The notes below the pieces were generated by a model. That model ran no database searches. It had not been told where the DNA came from and saw only the letters and a list, made by a program, of their open reading frames with translations. A DNA stretch of 64,000 nt. Origin: Anaeromyxobacter sp. (GTDB taxonomy: Bacteria > Myxococcota > Myxococcia > Myxococcales > Anaeromyxobacteraceae). This document shows positions 1 through 7,907 of the stretch, in pieces. The stretch is from contig JANMRY010000167.1 in the NCBI GenBank assembly GCA_031388695.1, forward strand, positions 15,206 through 79,205, read 5' to 3'. Each line of letters opens with the position of its first letter. Position 1 is the first letter of the stretch. A program made the position numbers and the translations under genes.

Positions 1-28
1 AGCAGCGCGAGGGGCCGGCCCCGGCCCG

Positions 29-1306
29 GTGAGCGACGAGGCCATCCCACCGCCCGACGGCGACGCCCCGCTCGAGGAGCTCTCGCGGGACGCCCTCTCG
101 GCCTTCCTCTACGCCGCGCTCCTGCCGGCCGAGGCGCTGGCGCTCGTCAAGTCGCTGCGGCTCTCGGCCCCCGGGTTCCGCGCCGAGGGGCTCTCCGAGG
201 TCGAGTGGTGCGACCTGCTGGCCGACGAGGTGCGGGCGGCGCCGGCGGCCCGGGTGGCCGTGCTCGACGCCCTGCGAGCCGGGCTGAAGGAGCCGGCCTT
301 CGCGCAGAGCCCGCTCGACCCGGTGGCGGCCGACGAGCTGCTCGAGGTGGCCGGCTCCGACCATGGCCTGGCCATCACGCTCTGGCGGCTGGTGGCCGAT
401 CCGCAGCCGGAGGTCCGGGCCCGCGGCGCCGCGGCGCTGGAGCGGCTGGCGGCCGAGTGGTACGGCCCGGCGCCGGGCCTGGCGCCGGAGGGTGAGGCGC
501 CGGCCCCCCGTCGCGGCGGGGCCGAGGGCTCGGCCGAGGCGCAGGTCGAGGCGCTGTCGGCGAAGCTGCGCGCCGCCGAGGAGAAGCTGGCGCGTGGCGA
601 GACCCGGGCCGAGGAGGCTCGGCGCAAGGGGGACGAGGCGCGCGAGAAGCTGCAGGCCCAGGTGAAGGAGGCGCGGGCCGAGGCGGCGCGCGCGGTGACC
701 GAGGCGGCGCGGGCCAGGGAGCAGGCGGAGGCGGCCCGGCAGGGCAGGGCCCTGCTGGAGAGAGAGCTGGCCGCGGCGCGCGCCACCGACCTGCATGCCG
801 AGCTGCAGCGGATGAAGGGGGCGGCCCGCGACGCCGAGACGGCCCGCCACGCCGCCGAGGGGCAGGCCGAGCGGCTGGCCGGGCAGCTGGCCAGGCTGGA
901 GGAGGAGCGGCGCAGCGCCGAGGCGCTCGAGACGCGCGAGGCGGTCACGGCTCACGGGGCGGCGGCCCGGAGCGTCGAGCCGGGCGAGGTCGAGCCGGAC
1001 GAGGCCCCGGCCACCTGGCTGCTGCCGGTCTTCACCGAGGAGTTCTACGCCTCCCTGGTCGGCTGGGACCGGCGCATCCAGCGGGCCGCGGTGAAGCAGG
1101 CCTTCCTGCTCTCGCAGGACCACCGCCACCCGAGCCTGCGGGCGCTGCCGCTCGGTGGGCTGCCCGGCTACTACCGGGTAAGGGTGGCGACCGACGTGCG
1201 GCTCATCTACCGGCGCGACGAGGCGCGGCAGGACGCCGTGGAGATCCTCTCGGTCATCGATCGCGAAGACCTCGACAGGTATGTCCGCCAGGCCAAGACC
1301 CGCTGA
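29..1306 (+). CDS. Coiled-coil protein with C-terminal RelE/ParE-like toxin-fold domain. The frame is open to position 2, so the true start may lie upstream of the window.
   Basis: The 425-aa ORF shows strong GC3 bias. The centre is an Ala/Glu/Arg-rich heptad-like region (EEKLARGETRAEEARRKGDEAREKLQAQVKEARAEAARA...). The last ~95 aa (FTEEFYASL...LPLGGLPGYYRVRVATDVRLIYRRDEARQDAVEILSVIDREDLDRY) match the RelE/ParE pattern G-x-YR-[IV]-R-V-x-D-x-R-[LI]-IY ... V-x-IL-x-[VI]-x-[HD]-R. Confidence 0.6.
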   Translation: MSDEAIPPPDGDAPLEELSRDALSAFLYAALLPAEALALVKSLRLSAPGFRAEGLSEVEWCDLLADEVRAAPAARVAVLDALRAGLKEPAFAQSPLDPVAADELLEVAGSDHGLAITLWRLVADPQPEVRARGAAALERLAAEWYGPAPGLAPEGEAPAPRRGGAEGSAEAQVEALSAKLRAAEEKLARGETRAEEARRKGDEAREKLQAQVKEARAEAARAVTEAARAREQAEAARQGRALLERELAAARATDLHAELQRMKGAARDAETARHAAEGQAERLAGQLARLEEERRSAEALETREAVTAHGAAARSVEPGEVEPDEAPATWLLPVFTEEFYASLVGWDRRIQRAAVKQAFLLSQDHRHPSLRALPLGGLPGYYRVRVATDVRLIYRRDEARQDAVEILSVIDREDLDRYVRQAKTR

Positions 1307-1311
1307 TGGTC

Positions 1312-1485
1312 GGCGCGTGATCCCGGCCTGCGTCGGGCGGACTCGTCGCTGCGCTGCTCGACGTACGGCTGCAGTACGCCTGCGCTGCTCGCTCCTTCGT
1401 GCGCCCGCCTCGGCTCGGGCTGACGCGCCTCCGACACGGGAGCGCCGGGCGCGTGATCCCGGCCTGCGTCGGGCGGACTCGTCGC
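1312..1485. repeat. Pair of perfect 38-bp direct repeats (1312-1349 and 1448-1485) in the convergent intergenic region
   Basis: GGCGCGTGATCCCGGCCTGCGTCGGGCGGACTCGTCGC occurs twice and is identical both times. An 11-nt motif, TGCGCTGCTCG, is also duplicated between the two copies. Confidence 0.95.
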
Positions 1486-1486
1486 C

Positions 1487-2176
1487 CTACTGCATCTTGC
1501 GATAGACGCCGACCACCACGCCCAGGATCATGGTGGAGCGGAAGTCCTCCTCCGCCACGTAGATGGGGGCCATGCGCGGGTTGGAGGGCTGGAAGCGGAT
1601 CCGCTTCCCCTCGCGGAACATCCGCTTCACGGTCGCCTCGTCGTCGATCATGGCGACCACGATCTCGCCGTCGTCGGCGTTGAGCTGCTTCTTCACGAAG
1701 ACGTAGTCGCCCGGCAGGATGCCGTCGCCGATCATCGAGTCGCCCTGCACCTTGAGGCCGTAGACCTTCTTGTTGGTGCCGAGCAGGAAGGAGTCGACCT
1801 GGACGGTGTCCTCGACCCGCTCCTGGGCCAGGATGGGCTGGCCGGCGGCGACCCGGCCGAGGATGGGGACCTCGACCATGCGCGAGCCGGGGCGGGTGGC
1901 GACCGGGAACTGGAGCACCTTGGCCCCCTTGCCGTGGCTGGACGGGGAGAGCGCCCCGCGGGCGGCGTCGGTCGGGATCAGGGCGCGGGACTTGACCGGG
2001 TCGCGGGTGAGGAAGCCCTTGCGCTCCAGCGCCTTCAGGTGGTCGTTGACCCCGTTGGTGGAGCGGATGTCGAGCGCCTCGCCGATCTCGCGGATGGTGG
2101 GCGGATAGCCACGCTCCTCGATCTCGCGAGCGATGAAGCGGAGCACCTCGAGCTGTCGGTCGGTCAATCCGGTCAT
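1487..2176 (-). CDS. lexA: LexA repressor (SOS regulator, S24 peptidase)
   Basis: MTGLTDRQLEVLRFIAREIEERGYPPTIREIGEALDIRSTNGVNDHLKALERKGFL forms the winged-helix domain. An Ala-Gly cleavage site (VAAGQP) is present, with the GDSM serine and a downstream Lys (EATVKR). The ATG at 2176 has a GGAGG 6 nt upstream. The longer track ORF (to 2287) adds a non-homologous leader. Confidence 0.93.
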   Translation of the reverse strand: MTGLTDRQLEVLRFIAREIEERGYPPTIREIGEALDIRSTNGVNDHLKALERKGFLTRDPVKSRALIPTDAARGALSPSSHGKGAKVLQFPVATRPGSRMVEVPILGRVAAGQPILAQERVEDTVQVDSFLLGTNKKVYGLKVQGDSMIGDGILPGDYVFVKKQLNADDGEIVVAMIDDEATVKRMFREGKRIRFQPSNPRMAPIYVAEEDFRSTMILGVVVGVYRKMQ

Positions 2177-2184
2177 GACGCCTC

Positions 2185-2215
2185 CTGAACAGGGGTATCC
2201 TGTCACGCCGTTCAG
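2185..2215. promoter_or_regulatory. Candidate LexA operator: CTGAAC-N19-GTTCAG inverted repeat containing CTGTCACGCCGTTCAG
   Basis: It lies 9-39 nt upstream of the lexA start, in the lexA / membrane-protein divergent region. It matches the published myxobacterial LexA box, as I recall it (CTRHAMRYBYGTTCAGS), at 13 of 17 positions including the GTTCAG core. It is not a perfect match. Confidence 0.35.
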
Positions 2216-2380
2216 TCCGCCGCAAGTTCCCGTCACCAGCGCCTGGGACCTTCGCGCCGGTCTACAGGTCCCCATGAAAGCGGACATCTTCAGGTGCTTA
2301 TGACCCGGACCTCTTCAATGCTCCTTGCACTTGTCGCCGTCGCCGTTGCCGCGCCACACGGCCCCCGGTACGGTGGGGCC

Positions 2381-3280
2381 ATGCAGGCGACGGTGGGCGA
2401 GGCGATGCGGCTCGGGCTGGCCGGACTGGGGCGGGAGCGCTGGCTGGTGGCCGTCGGGCTGCTGACCACGCTGCTGCGCCGGGCGCTCGGCCTGCCGGCG
2501 CTGCTGGTCGGGCTGCTGCTGCTGGCCCGCGGGGCCTGGCAGGCCCACCAGCTGGCCCCGTGGTCGGGCGAGGCGCCGTCGCTCGGCGCCGGCTTCGTGG
2601 CGACCCAGCCGCGGGTGGTGGCGCTGGTGGTCGGCCTCTCGGCCTGCGCCGGGCTGCTCGGCTGGCTGCTGCGGGTCGCCTTCCTGGCCGGGGCGCTGCC
2701 GACGCTGGGCGGGGCGATGGGTGCCGAGGCGGAGCGCCACCCGCGCTTCGCGGAGGGGCTGGCCTGGGGCTTCGCCCCGCTGCTCCCGACCGCGGCGCTC
2801 GGCCTGGCGCTCGAGTGGACCGGGCAGCTCCTGCTGGCCGGCAGCCTCTTCGGCGCCTTCCAGGTGACGCAGGCGGCGGCCGGGTCCGGGCGGGTGGTGC
2901 TGGCCGCGGCGGTGGCCTTCATGCTGGTGGTGGCGCTGCTGGCGATGCTGCTTACTTCGGCGGTGGCCGACGCGGCGCTGGTGCGGACGGCGGTGCGCGG
3001 CGACGGCCCGGTCGAGGCGCTGGTGCAGGCCGCCGGCCGGGTGCTGGCCCGCCCCTCGGCCTACCTGCTCGCCTCGCTCGCCTTCACGGTGCTCTCGCTG
3101 GTGGCGACGGCGGTGGTCCAGTCGGTGGCCGGGGTGGCGAGCGGCCTGCTGGCCGGGGCGCCCGGCCTGGCCTCGCTCGGCCCCTCGCTCATGCTCGGCG
3201 CGCTGGCGCTGACGGTGGCGGCGGCGCTGGAGCTCTGGTGGCTGGCCAGCCTCACGGCGCTGGCGGCCCGCGAGGGATGA
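2381..3280 (+). CDS. Polytopic membrane protein of unknown function
   Basis: Ala/Leu/Gly-rich protein with several ~20-aa hydrophobic segments and high GC3. I prefer the ATG at 2381 (GGTGGGG upstream). Codons between the track start (2294) and 2381 have atypically low GC3 (tct, tca, ctt, gca, ctt, gtt). Confidence 0.6.
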   Translation: MQATVGEAMRLGLAGLGRERWLVAVGLLTTLLRRALGLPALLVGLLLLARGAWQAHQLAPWSGEAPSLGAGFVATQPRVVALVVGLSACAGLLGWLLRVAFLAGALPTLGGAMGAEAERHPRFAEGLAWGFAPLLPTAALGLALEWTGQLLLAGSLFGAFQVTQAAAGSGRVVLAAAVAFMLVVALLAMLLTSAVADAALVRTAVRGDGPVEALVQAAGRVLARPSAYLLASLAFTVLSLVATAVVQSVAGVASGLLAGAPGLASLGPSLMLGALALTVAAALELWWLASLTALAAREG

Positions 3281-4940
3281 AGCGCCGGATCGAGATCTTG
3301 CGGAGCCGGAACGGGGCGAGGTGGAGGGTGAGGGCGAAGCCGGCCACCGCCGTGCCGACGCCGAGCGCCACCAGGCCGGGGAGCGGCGAGGCGCGGAAGG
3401 CGACGATGATCAGGCCGCCGACCGTGAGGGAGGCGGAGAGCAGCCCGAGGAAGAGCAGCGTGCCGACCGAGCGGACCTGCTCGCCGAGTTGCTCGACGTC
3501 GGCGGAGCGGACGTTGATGCGCAGCTTGCCGCCCTCGAGGTCGGCGAGGATCTGCTGGAGCTGGTGCGGGACGTCTTCGGCCAGCCCCTGGAAGCGCAGC
3601 AGGGTTCGCATCAGCGTGCCGGAGGGGTCCTCGGGGCTGAAGCGGGCCAGCAGCAGCTGGCGGGCGTAGGGGAGCCCGACCTCGAGGATGTCGAGGCGCG
3701 GGTAGAGCCGGCGGATGATCCCCTCCACGGTCATGGAGGCCTTGGCCAGCACCGCGTACTCCTTGGGGACCTTGATGCGGTGGCGCACCGCGAGGTCGAG
3801 CAGGTCGCCGAGCAGGGTGGCGGTCCGGATCTCGTCGAGCCGCAGGCCGAGGTAGCGCTCGAGGATGCCCCCGATGTCGCCGCGCAGGTCGCCGAGCGGG
3901 CCGCGCGGGTCGGGGGCGCCGATCTTGTCGAGCAGCCGCGCCATCGAGTCGGGGTCGCGCAGCGCCACCGCCACGATCAGCGTGACCAGCAGCTCCTGCT
4001 GCGGGCGGGTGAGCCGTCCCACCAGCCCGAAGTCGAGCAGCGCCAGCCGGTTGCCGGGGAGGATGAGGATGTTGCCGGGGTGCGGGTCACCGTGGAAGAG
4101 CCCGTCCTCGAAGAGCTGCCGGAAGGACATCTCGATGATGTTCCGGGCGATCCGCTCCGGGTCGAAGCCGCCCTCGGGCGTGATGTCGTTGAGCCGCGTC
4201 CCCTCGATGTAGTCGAGGGTGAGCACCTGGCTGGAGGAGAGGGCGTCGTGGACCCGCGGGATCACCACCTGCTCGCGCCCCTCGTTGGCGGCGCGCATGG
4301 CCCGGGCGTTGCGGGCCTCGTTCTCGAAGTCGAGCTCCTCGTGGATGGTCCGGTCGAACTCCTCGATGACCGCGGTCGGGGTGTAGACGCCGGTCTCCTC
4401 GATGACCGCCTCGAGCAGCTTGGCCAGGTACTGGAGCAGGGCCAGGTCGGCGTCGATGCGGGCGCGGATGTCGGGGCGCTGCACCTTGACCACCACCTGC
4501 TGGCCGTCGTGGGTGCGGGCCCGGTGGACCTGGGCGATCGAGGCGCTGGCCAGTGGGGCCGGGTCGAGCTCGGCGAAGAGGGCCTCGACCGGCTTGCCGA
4601 GGCTGCGCTCGATGACCGTTCGGATGTCGGAGAGCGGCAGGGGCGGGCAGTCGTCCTGCAGCGCCTCGAGCTCCTTGATCCAGGCGGCCGGGAGGACGTC
4701 GCGGCGGGTGGAGAGGAGCTGGCCGAGCTTGGTGAAGGTGGGGCCGAGCTCGGCCAGCAGCTCGCGGAAGCGGGCGGCGGTGGAGCGGCTTCCGTCGGCC
4801 GGTGCGCCGGAGGGGGGCGGGGTGCCGCCCAGCTGCTCGGCCAGCCGGCTGCGCGAGAGGTAGGCGCCGAAGCCATGACGGACCACCGCCGCCGCGATCT
4901 GGCGCAGCCGGTTCAGGTCGTTGAAGGCTTCGCGGAGCAC
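3252..4940 (-). CDS. ubiB: ABC1/UbiB-family atypical protein kinase
   Basis: LGPTFTKLGQLLSTRRDVLPAAWIKELEALQDDCPPLP, ASIAQVHRA, VVVKVQRP and FHGDPHPGNI are hallmark ABC1/UbiB motifs. Two C-terminal TM helices are present. Confidence 0.9.
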   Translation of the reverse strand: MLREAFNDLNRLRQIAAAVVRHGFGAYLSRSRLAEQLGGTPPPSGAPADGSRSTAARFRELLAELGPTFTKLGQLLSTRRDVLPAAWIKELEALQDDCPPLPLSDIRTVIERSLGKPVEALFAELDPAPLASASIAQVHRARTHDGQQVVVKVQRPDIRARIDADLALLQYLAKLLEAVIEETGVYTPTAVIEEFDRTIHEELDFENEARNARAMRAANEGREQVVIPRVHDALSSSQVLTLDYIEGTRLNDITPEGGFDPERIARNIIEMSFRQLFEDGLFHGDPHPGNILILPGNRLALLDFGLVGRLTRPQQELLVTLIVAVALRDPDSMARLLDKIGAPDPRGPLGDLRGDIGGILERYLGLRLDEIRTATLLGDLLDLAVRHRIKVPKEYAVLAKASMTVEGIIRRLYPRLDILEVGLPYARQLLLARFSPEDPSGTLMRTLLRFQGLAEDVPHQLQQILADLEGGKLRINVRSADVEQLGEQVRSVGTLLFLGLLSASLTVGGLIIVAFRASPLPGLVALGVGTAVAGFALTLHLAPFRLRKISIRRFIPRGPPAP

Positions 4941-4954
4941 GGTTGGAATCTAGC

Positions 4955-6133
4955 TCAGAACGCGACCACCGTGCCGAGCGAGAGGCGCGCCTCCTCCGAC
5001 AGCCGGTCGTAGCGGGCCTCGGCCACGACGCGGACGTTGCGCCGGAAGAGCCAGCCGCCGTTGAGCCCGACCGACTCGCGCCGGACGGCCGAATCGCCGG
5101 AGATCACCTTGTTGCCGAGCAGGGCGACCGAGAACGGGCCGTTCTGCCCGGTCGGCAGCCAGACCGCCTCCAGCCAGCCGCCCCGGGTCACCACGCCTCC
5201 GGCGTTGGCCGGGTCGAACCTGGGGTTCGAGTCGGTGCGGGAGAGCCACTGGCCGGAGATCGTGAGGTCCTCCCCGAGCGCGATCGCCAGGTCTGGCCCC
5301 CAGTAGACGGTCTCGTTCAGCTCGCCGACCGCGCCACCGAGCGCCTTGCCGATCGAGCCGAAGAGGCCGAGGCGCACCGGGCCGAGGGGCATGACAACGC
5401 GCAGGCTCCAGGTCTTGAAGCGGTCGTCGTCGAAGGCGGAGGTGGCCGGGCCGATGCCATTGCCGTTGGTCACCATGCCGACCAGGTCGATCTCGGCCGG
5501 GGCGTGCCAGACCAGGATCAGCCCGCGGTCGTAGGTGAGGTTGGTCTGCGAGAGCCCCGGCTTGACGCGCAGGATCTCGTAGTCCTCCCGGGTGAGCCGC
5601 AGCTCGCGCTTCACGATGGGGTCGCAGACCTGGAACTGCCCCACCACCAGGTCGAGCGGGGCGCCGAAGATGGAGGAGAACTGGACCCAGGCGTCCTCGA
5701 TCCCCATGGCCTCGCCGCCGTTCTCGATGATGAAGTAGGTGTAGTAGCTCACGTCCCGGGCGATCTGGCCGCCCATCAGCGCCTTGAAGACGAAGGGGGT
5801 CTGGAAGTCGACCTGCGGGTTCCGCTGCCGCGCCCACTCGCCGTAGAGGTCGAGCCGAACCGCCAGCGGGAAGTCGCGGGGGAGCTGGAGCGCCTCGTCG
5901 CCCACGTCGAGGACGGCGCGGGCCGGCTCCTGGCCAGGCTCCATGGCGAAGCCGCGGGCGGCGAACTCCTCGCCGTAGGCCTTGAGCCGCGGGACCGGGG
6001 CGTGGCAGGTGGTGCAGCTGACCCGGTACTTGCGGGCGAAGGCCGGGATGGCGGCGGCCTCCAGCGGCGCCGCCAGCAGGGCCAGCGTGGCGGCGGCGAG
6101 GAGCGCGGAGAGGGCGGAGTGGGACGGGCGCAT
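4955..6133 (-). CDS. Outer-membrane beta-barrel protein with a single N-terminal CXXCH heme motif (fused cytochrome-porin, Cyc2/Cyt572-like architecture)
   Basis: The ATG at 6133 begins a signal peptide, MRPSHSALSALLAAATLALLAAPLEAAA. CTTCH occupies residues 40-44 (nt 6002-6016). The remaining ~345 aa are heme-free with an alternating hydrophobic strand pattern and a C-terminal ...LSLGTVVAF (terminal aromatic). The track merges this gene into a 1009-aa run-on ORF. Confidence 0.7.
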   Translation of the reverse strand: MRPSHSALSALLAAATLALLAAPLEAAAIPAFARKYRVSCTTCHAPVPRLKAYGEEFAARGFAMEPGQEPARAVLDVGDEALQLPRDFPLAVRLDLYGEWARQRNPQVDFQTPFVFKALMGGQIARDVSYYTYFIIENGGEAMGIEDAWVQFSSIFGAPLDLVVGQFQVCDPIVKRELRLTREDYEILRVKPGLSQTNLTYDRGLILVWHAPAEIDLVGMVTNGNGIGPATSAFDDDRFKTWSLRVVMPLGPVRLGLFGSIGKALGGAVGELNETVYWGPDLAIALGEDLTISGQWLSRTDSNPRFDPANAGGVVTRGGWLEAVWLPTGQNGPFSVALLGNKVISGDSAVRRESVGLNGGWLFRRNVRVVAEARYDRLSEEARLSLGTVVAF

Positions 6134-6150
6134 GGGCGTTCCCCTGGGGG

Positions 6151-7524
6151 CTACGGCAGGACGGTGAAGGTCGAGACGTGGGTGTTGATCAGCACCGGCT
6201 GGTACTCCTCGGCCGGCACCTTCATGAACTCGGCCACCGAGGAGACCAGGCGCGAGTACCAGACCGTGGCGGTGATGGTGACCAGCCCGGGCGGGAGGTC
6301 CTGGCGCGGCGAGAGCGTAAAGGTCTCCGACACCGACTGCAGCGGCGCCAGCCGGTAGTCGGTCCCGAGCGAGGCGGTGTTCCACTGGGCGATGGTCATG
6401 CGCCCCTTCTCGTCGAAGTAGGGCATGCGGAAGATCCGGTCGCCGTCCGGTACGGCGCCGTCGCGCGGCAGGCCGGCGAAGCCGGGGATCCCCTTGATGT
6501 CGCCGAGGTCCTGGTAGGCGAGCGCCTTCTGGTCGGCGATGGTCCACGCCTCGCCGGGGAAGCCCTTCTTCTCCACCCGCAGGTGGTGGACCTTGCCACC
6601 GGCGTCCTTGGCCTCGACGTGGAGCCAGAGCACCCGCTCCTCGGCCGAGCCGGAGGGGATGCGGTGGCCGGCCTTGGCGTTGACCACCACCGCGGTGATC
6701 TTGACCGGGTCGCCCGGCTCGACCTCGCGGGCCTCGGGGTGGACCCGCACCTCGGCGACGCCTGCCAGCTTCCCCGGGTCGTGGGCGCCGTGGAAGAGGT
6801 GCTGCCGGACGTCGTCGCGCTCCGGCCCCATCTTGGCGGAGCGGCCCCTGGCCGGCGGCATGTGGCAGGCCTGGCAGGGGATGCCGGCCTTGCCGTAGGG
6901 CCCCTCCGCCCACTCCAGCTGGGTCGACTTCACGAAGACGCCCCACGCGTCCTTCTCGTTGTGGCAGGTGCCGCAGAACTCGGCGGTCTTGAGGAAGGGG
7001 TTGTCCCTTGACTCGTGGTACGGGCTGCTGGCGTCGGAGCGGTTGCCCTGCTTCATGCGGCCCGGCTCGGAGATCCAGTTGAAGTTGAAGGAGACGTCGC
7101 CGGCCCGGCCGGTGATGGTGTGGCAGAGGTCGCAGCTGACGCCCTCGTTGGCCCGGGAGTTCTTCTCGGGGCGCGGCGGCGGGGCGTCGCCGGCGAGGAA
7201 GGCGATGGGGGCGTGGCAGCCGTTGCAGCCGTTCTTGATGCCGGCCACCTTGGGGTTCTTGGCGGCGTGCGGCACCGCCAGCTCGAAGTACTCGATCTCG
7301 TCCCAGTGGTGCGTGAAGCTCTGCGACATCATCGCCTGCTCGTGCTGCCGGGCGATGTCGACGTGGCAGGCGGCGCAGGCCTGGGGCTTCTCGTAGTCCT
7401 CGTACTTGCGGGTGCCGAAGGCCTCGTCGGAGGCCTTGGGGGCAGGGGGAGAGGCGGCCGACGCCGCCGACGGGACCGCGACGAGGGCGAGGACGACGGC
7501 GAGGACTCGGGCGGCCAGGCGCAT
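6151..7524 (-). CDS. Secreted pentaheme c-type cytochrome with heme-free C-terminal beta-rich half
   Basis: Signal peptide MRLAARVLAVVLALVAVPSAASA. Five CXXCH motifs are present: CAACH, CNGCH, CDLCH, CGTCH and CQACH. It ends 17 nt upstream of the cytochrome-porin gene on the same strand. Confidence 0.9.
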   Translation of the reverse strand: MRLAARVLAVVLALVAVPSAASAASPPAPKASDEAFGTRKYEDYEKPQACAACHVDIARQHEQAMMSQSFTHHWDEIEYFELAVPHAAKNPKVAGIKNGCNGCHAPIAFLAGDAPPPRPEKNSRANEGVSCDLCHTITGRAGDVSFNFNWISEPGRMKQGNRSDASSPYHESRDNPFLKTAEFCGTCHNEKDAWGVFVKSTQLEWAEGPYGKAGIPCQACHMPPARGRSAKMGPERDDVRQHLFHGAHDPGKLAGVAEVRVHPEAREVEPGDPVKITAVVVNAKAGHRIPSGSAEERVLWLHVEAKDAGGKVHHLRVEKKGFPGEAWTIADQKALAYQDLGDIKGIPGFAGLPRDGAVPDGDRIFRMPYFDEKGRMTIAQWNTASLGTDYRLAPLQSVSETFTLSPRQDLPPGLVTITATVWYSRLVSSVAEFMKVPAEEYQPVLINTHVSTFTVLP

Positions 7525-7569
7525 GGGGCACTCCTCTGGAACGGCGCTGCAGTTGGTTGAGACGTCGGC

Positions 7570-7740
7570 CTAGCCCCGCGGGACCTCGGGGTAGTGCGTC
7601 GCCAGGCAGCCCGTGAAGCCGGAGAAGTCCTCGCTGAAGAGGGCGGTCAGCCGGTCGTCGCGGGTGGCGTACTTCTTGAGATAGTCGTCGAGCAGTCCCC
7701 GGATCGACTGCTGGTCGCTTGGTGCCACGGCGTCGGCCAT
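7570..7740 (-). CDS. Small ORF resembling the N-terminal third of an NTF2/SnoaL-like domain (possible gene remnant)
   Basis: MADAVAPSDQQSIRGLLDDYLKKYATRDDRLTALFSEDFSGF... has high GC3 but is only 56 aa, which is too short for the full fold. Confidence 0.35.
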   Translation of the reverse strand: MADAVAPSDQQSIRGLLDDYLKKYATRDDRLTALFSEDFSGFTGCLATHYPEVPRG

Positions 7741-7907
7741 GCTCGGGACGCTCCCCTCGACGGCCACTAAGCCGCGTTCGGCGCTCCCGGACAAGCGCCA
7801 CTACGGGTACTTCAGGTTCGGCACCTGCGACATGGCGTGCCTGACGTCCCCGCGCTCCCGCCCCGCCGCTGGCCCCGTGAAGCGCTTCACGGTACAAACT
7901 CCCACCC

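Noticed and set aside
109-948. Long antisense/alternate-frame ORFs rich in Ala/Arg/Ser/Pro. Examples are 109-948, 1254-2225, 2560-3669, 3321-5012, 11544-13280, 17207-18994, 22635-23666 and 38013-39833.
   Set aside because: They overlap genes with clear homology and motifs in another frame. Their products are low-complexity Arg/Pro/Gly/Ala strings, and stop codons are rare in all frames at this GC content. These are typical high-GC artefacts.
1312-1485. CRISPR-like array
   Set aside because: There are only two repeat copies with a 98-nt spacer, no further units and no cas genes in the window.
3252-3280. 29-nt convergent overlap between the membrane protein gene and ubiB
   Set aside because: This is probably just overlapping 3' ends, or a slightly mispredicted terminus. 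There is nothing to suggest a functional antisense arrangement.
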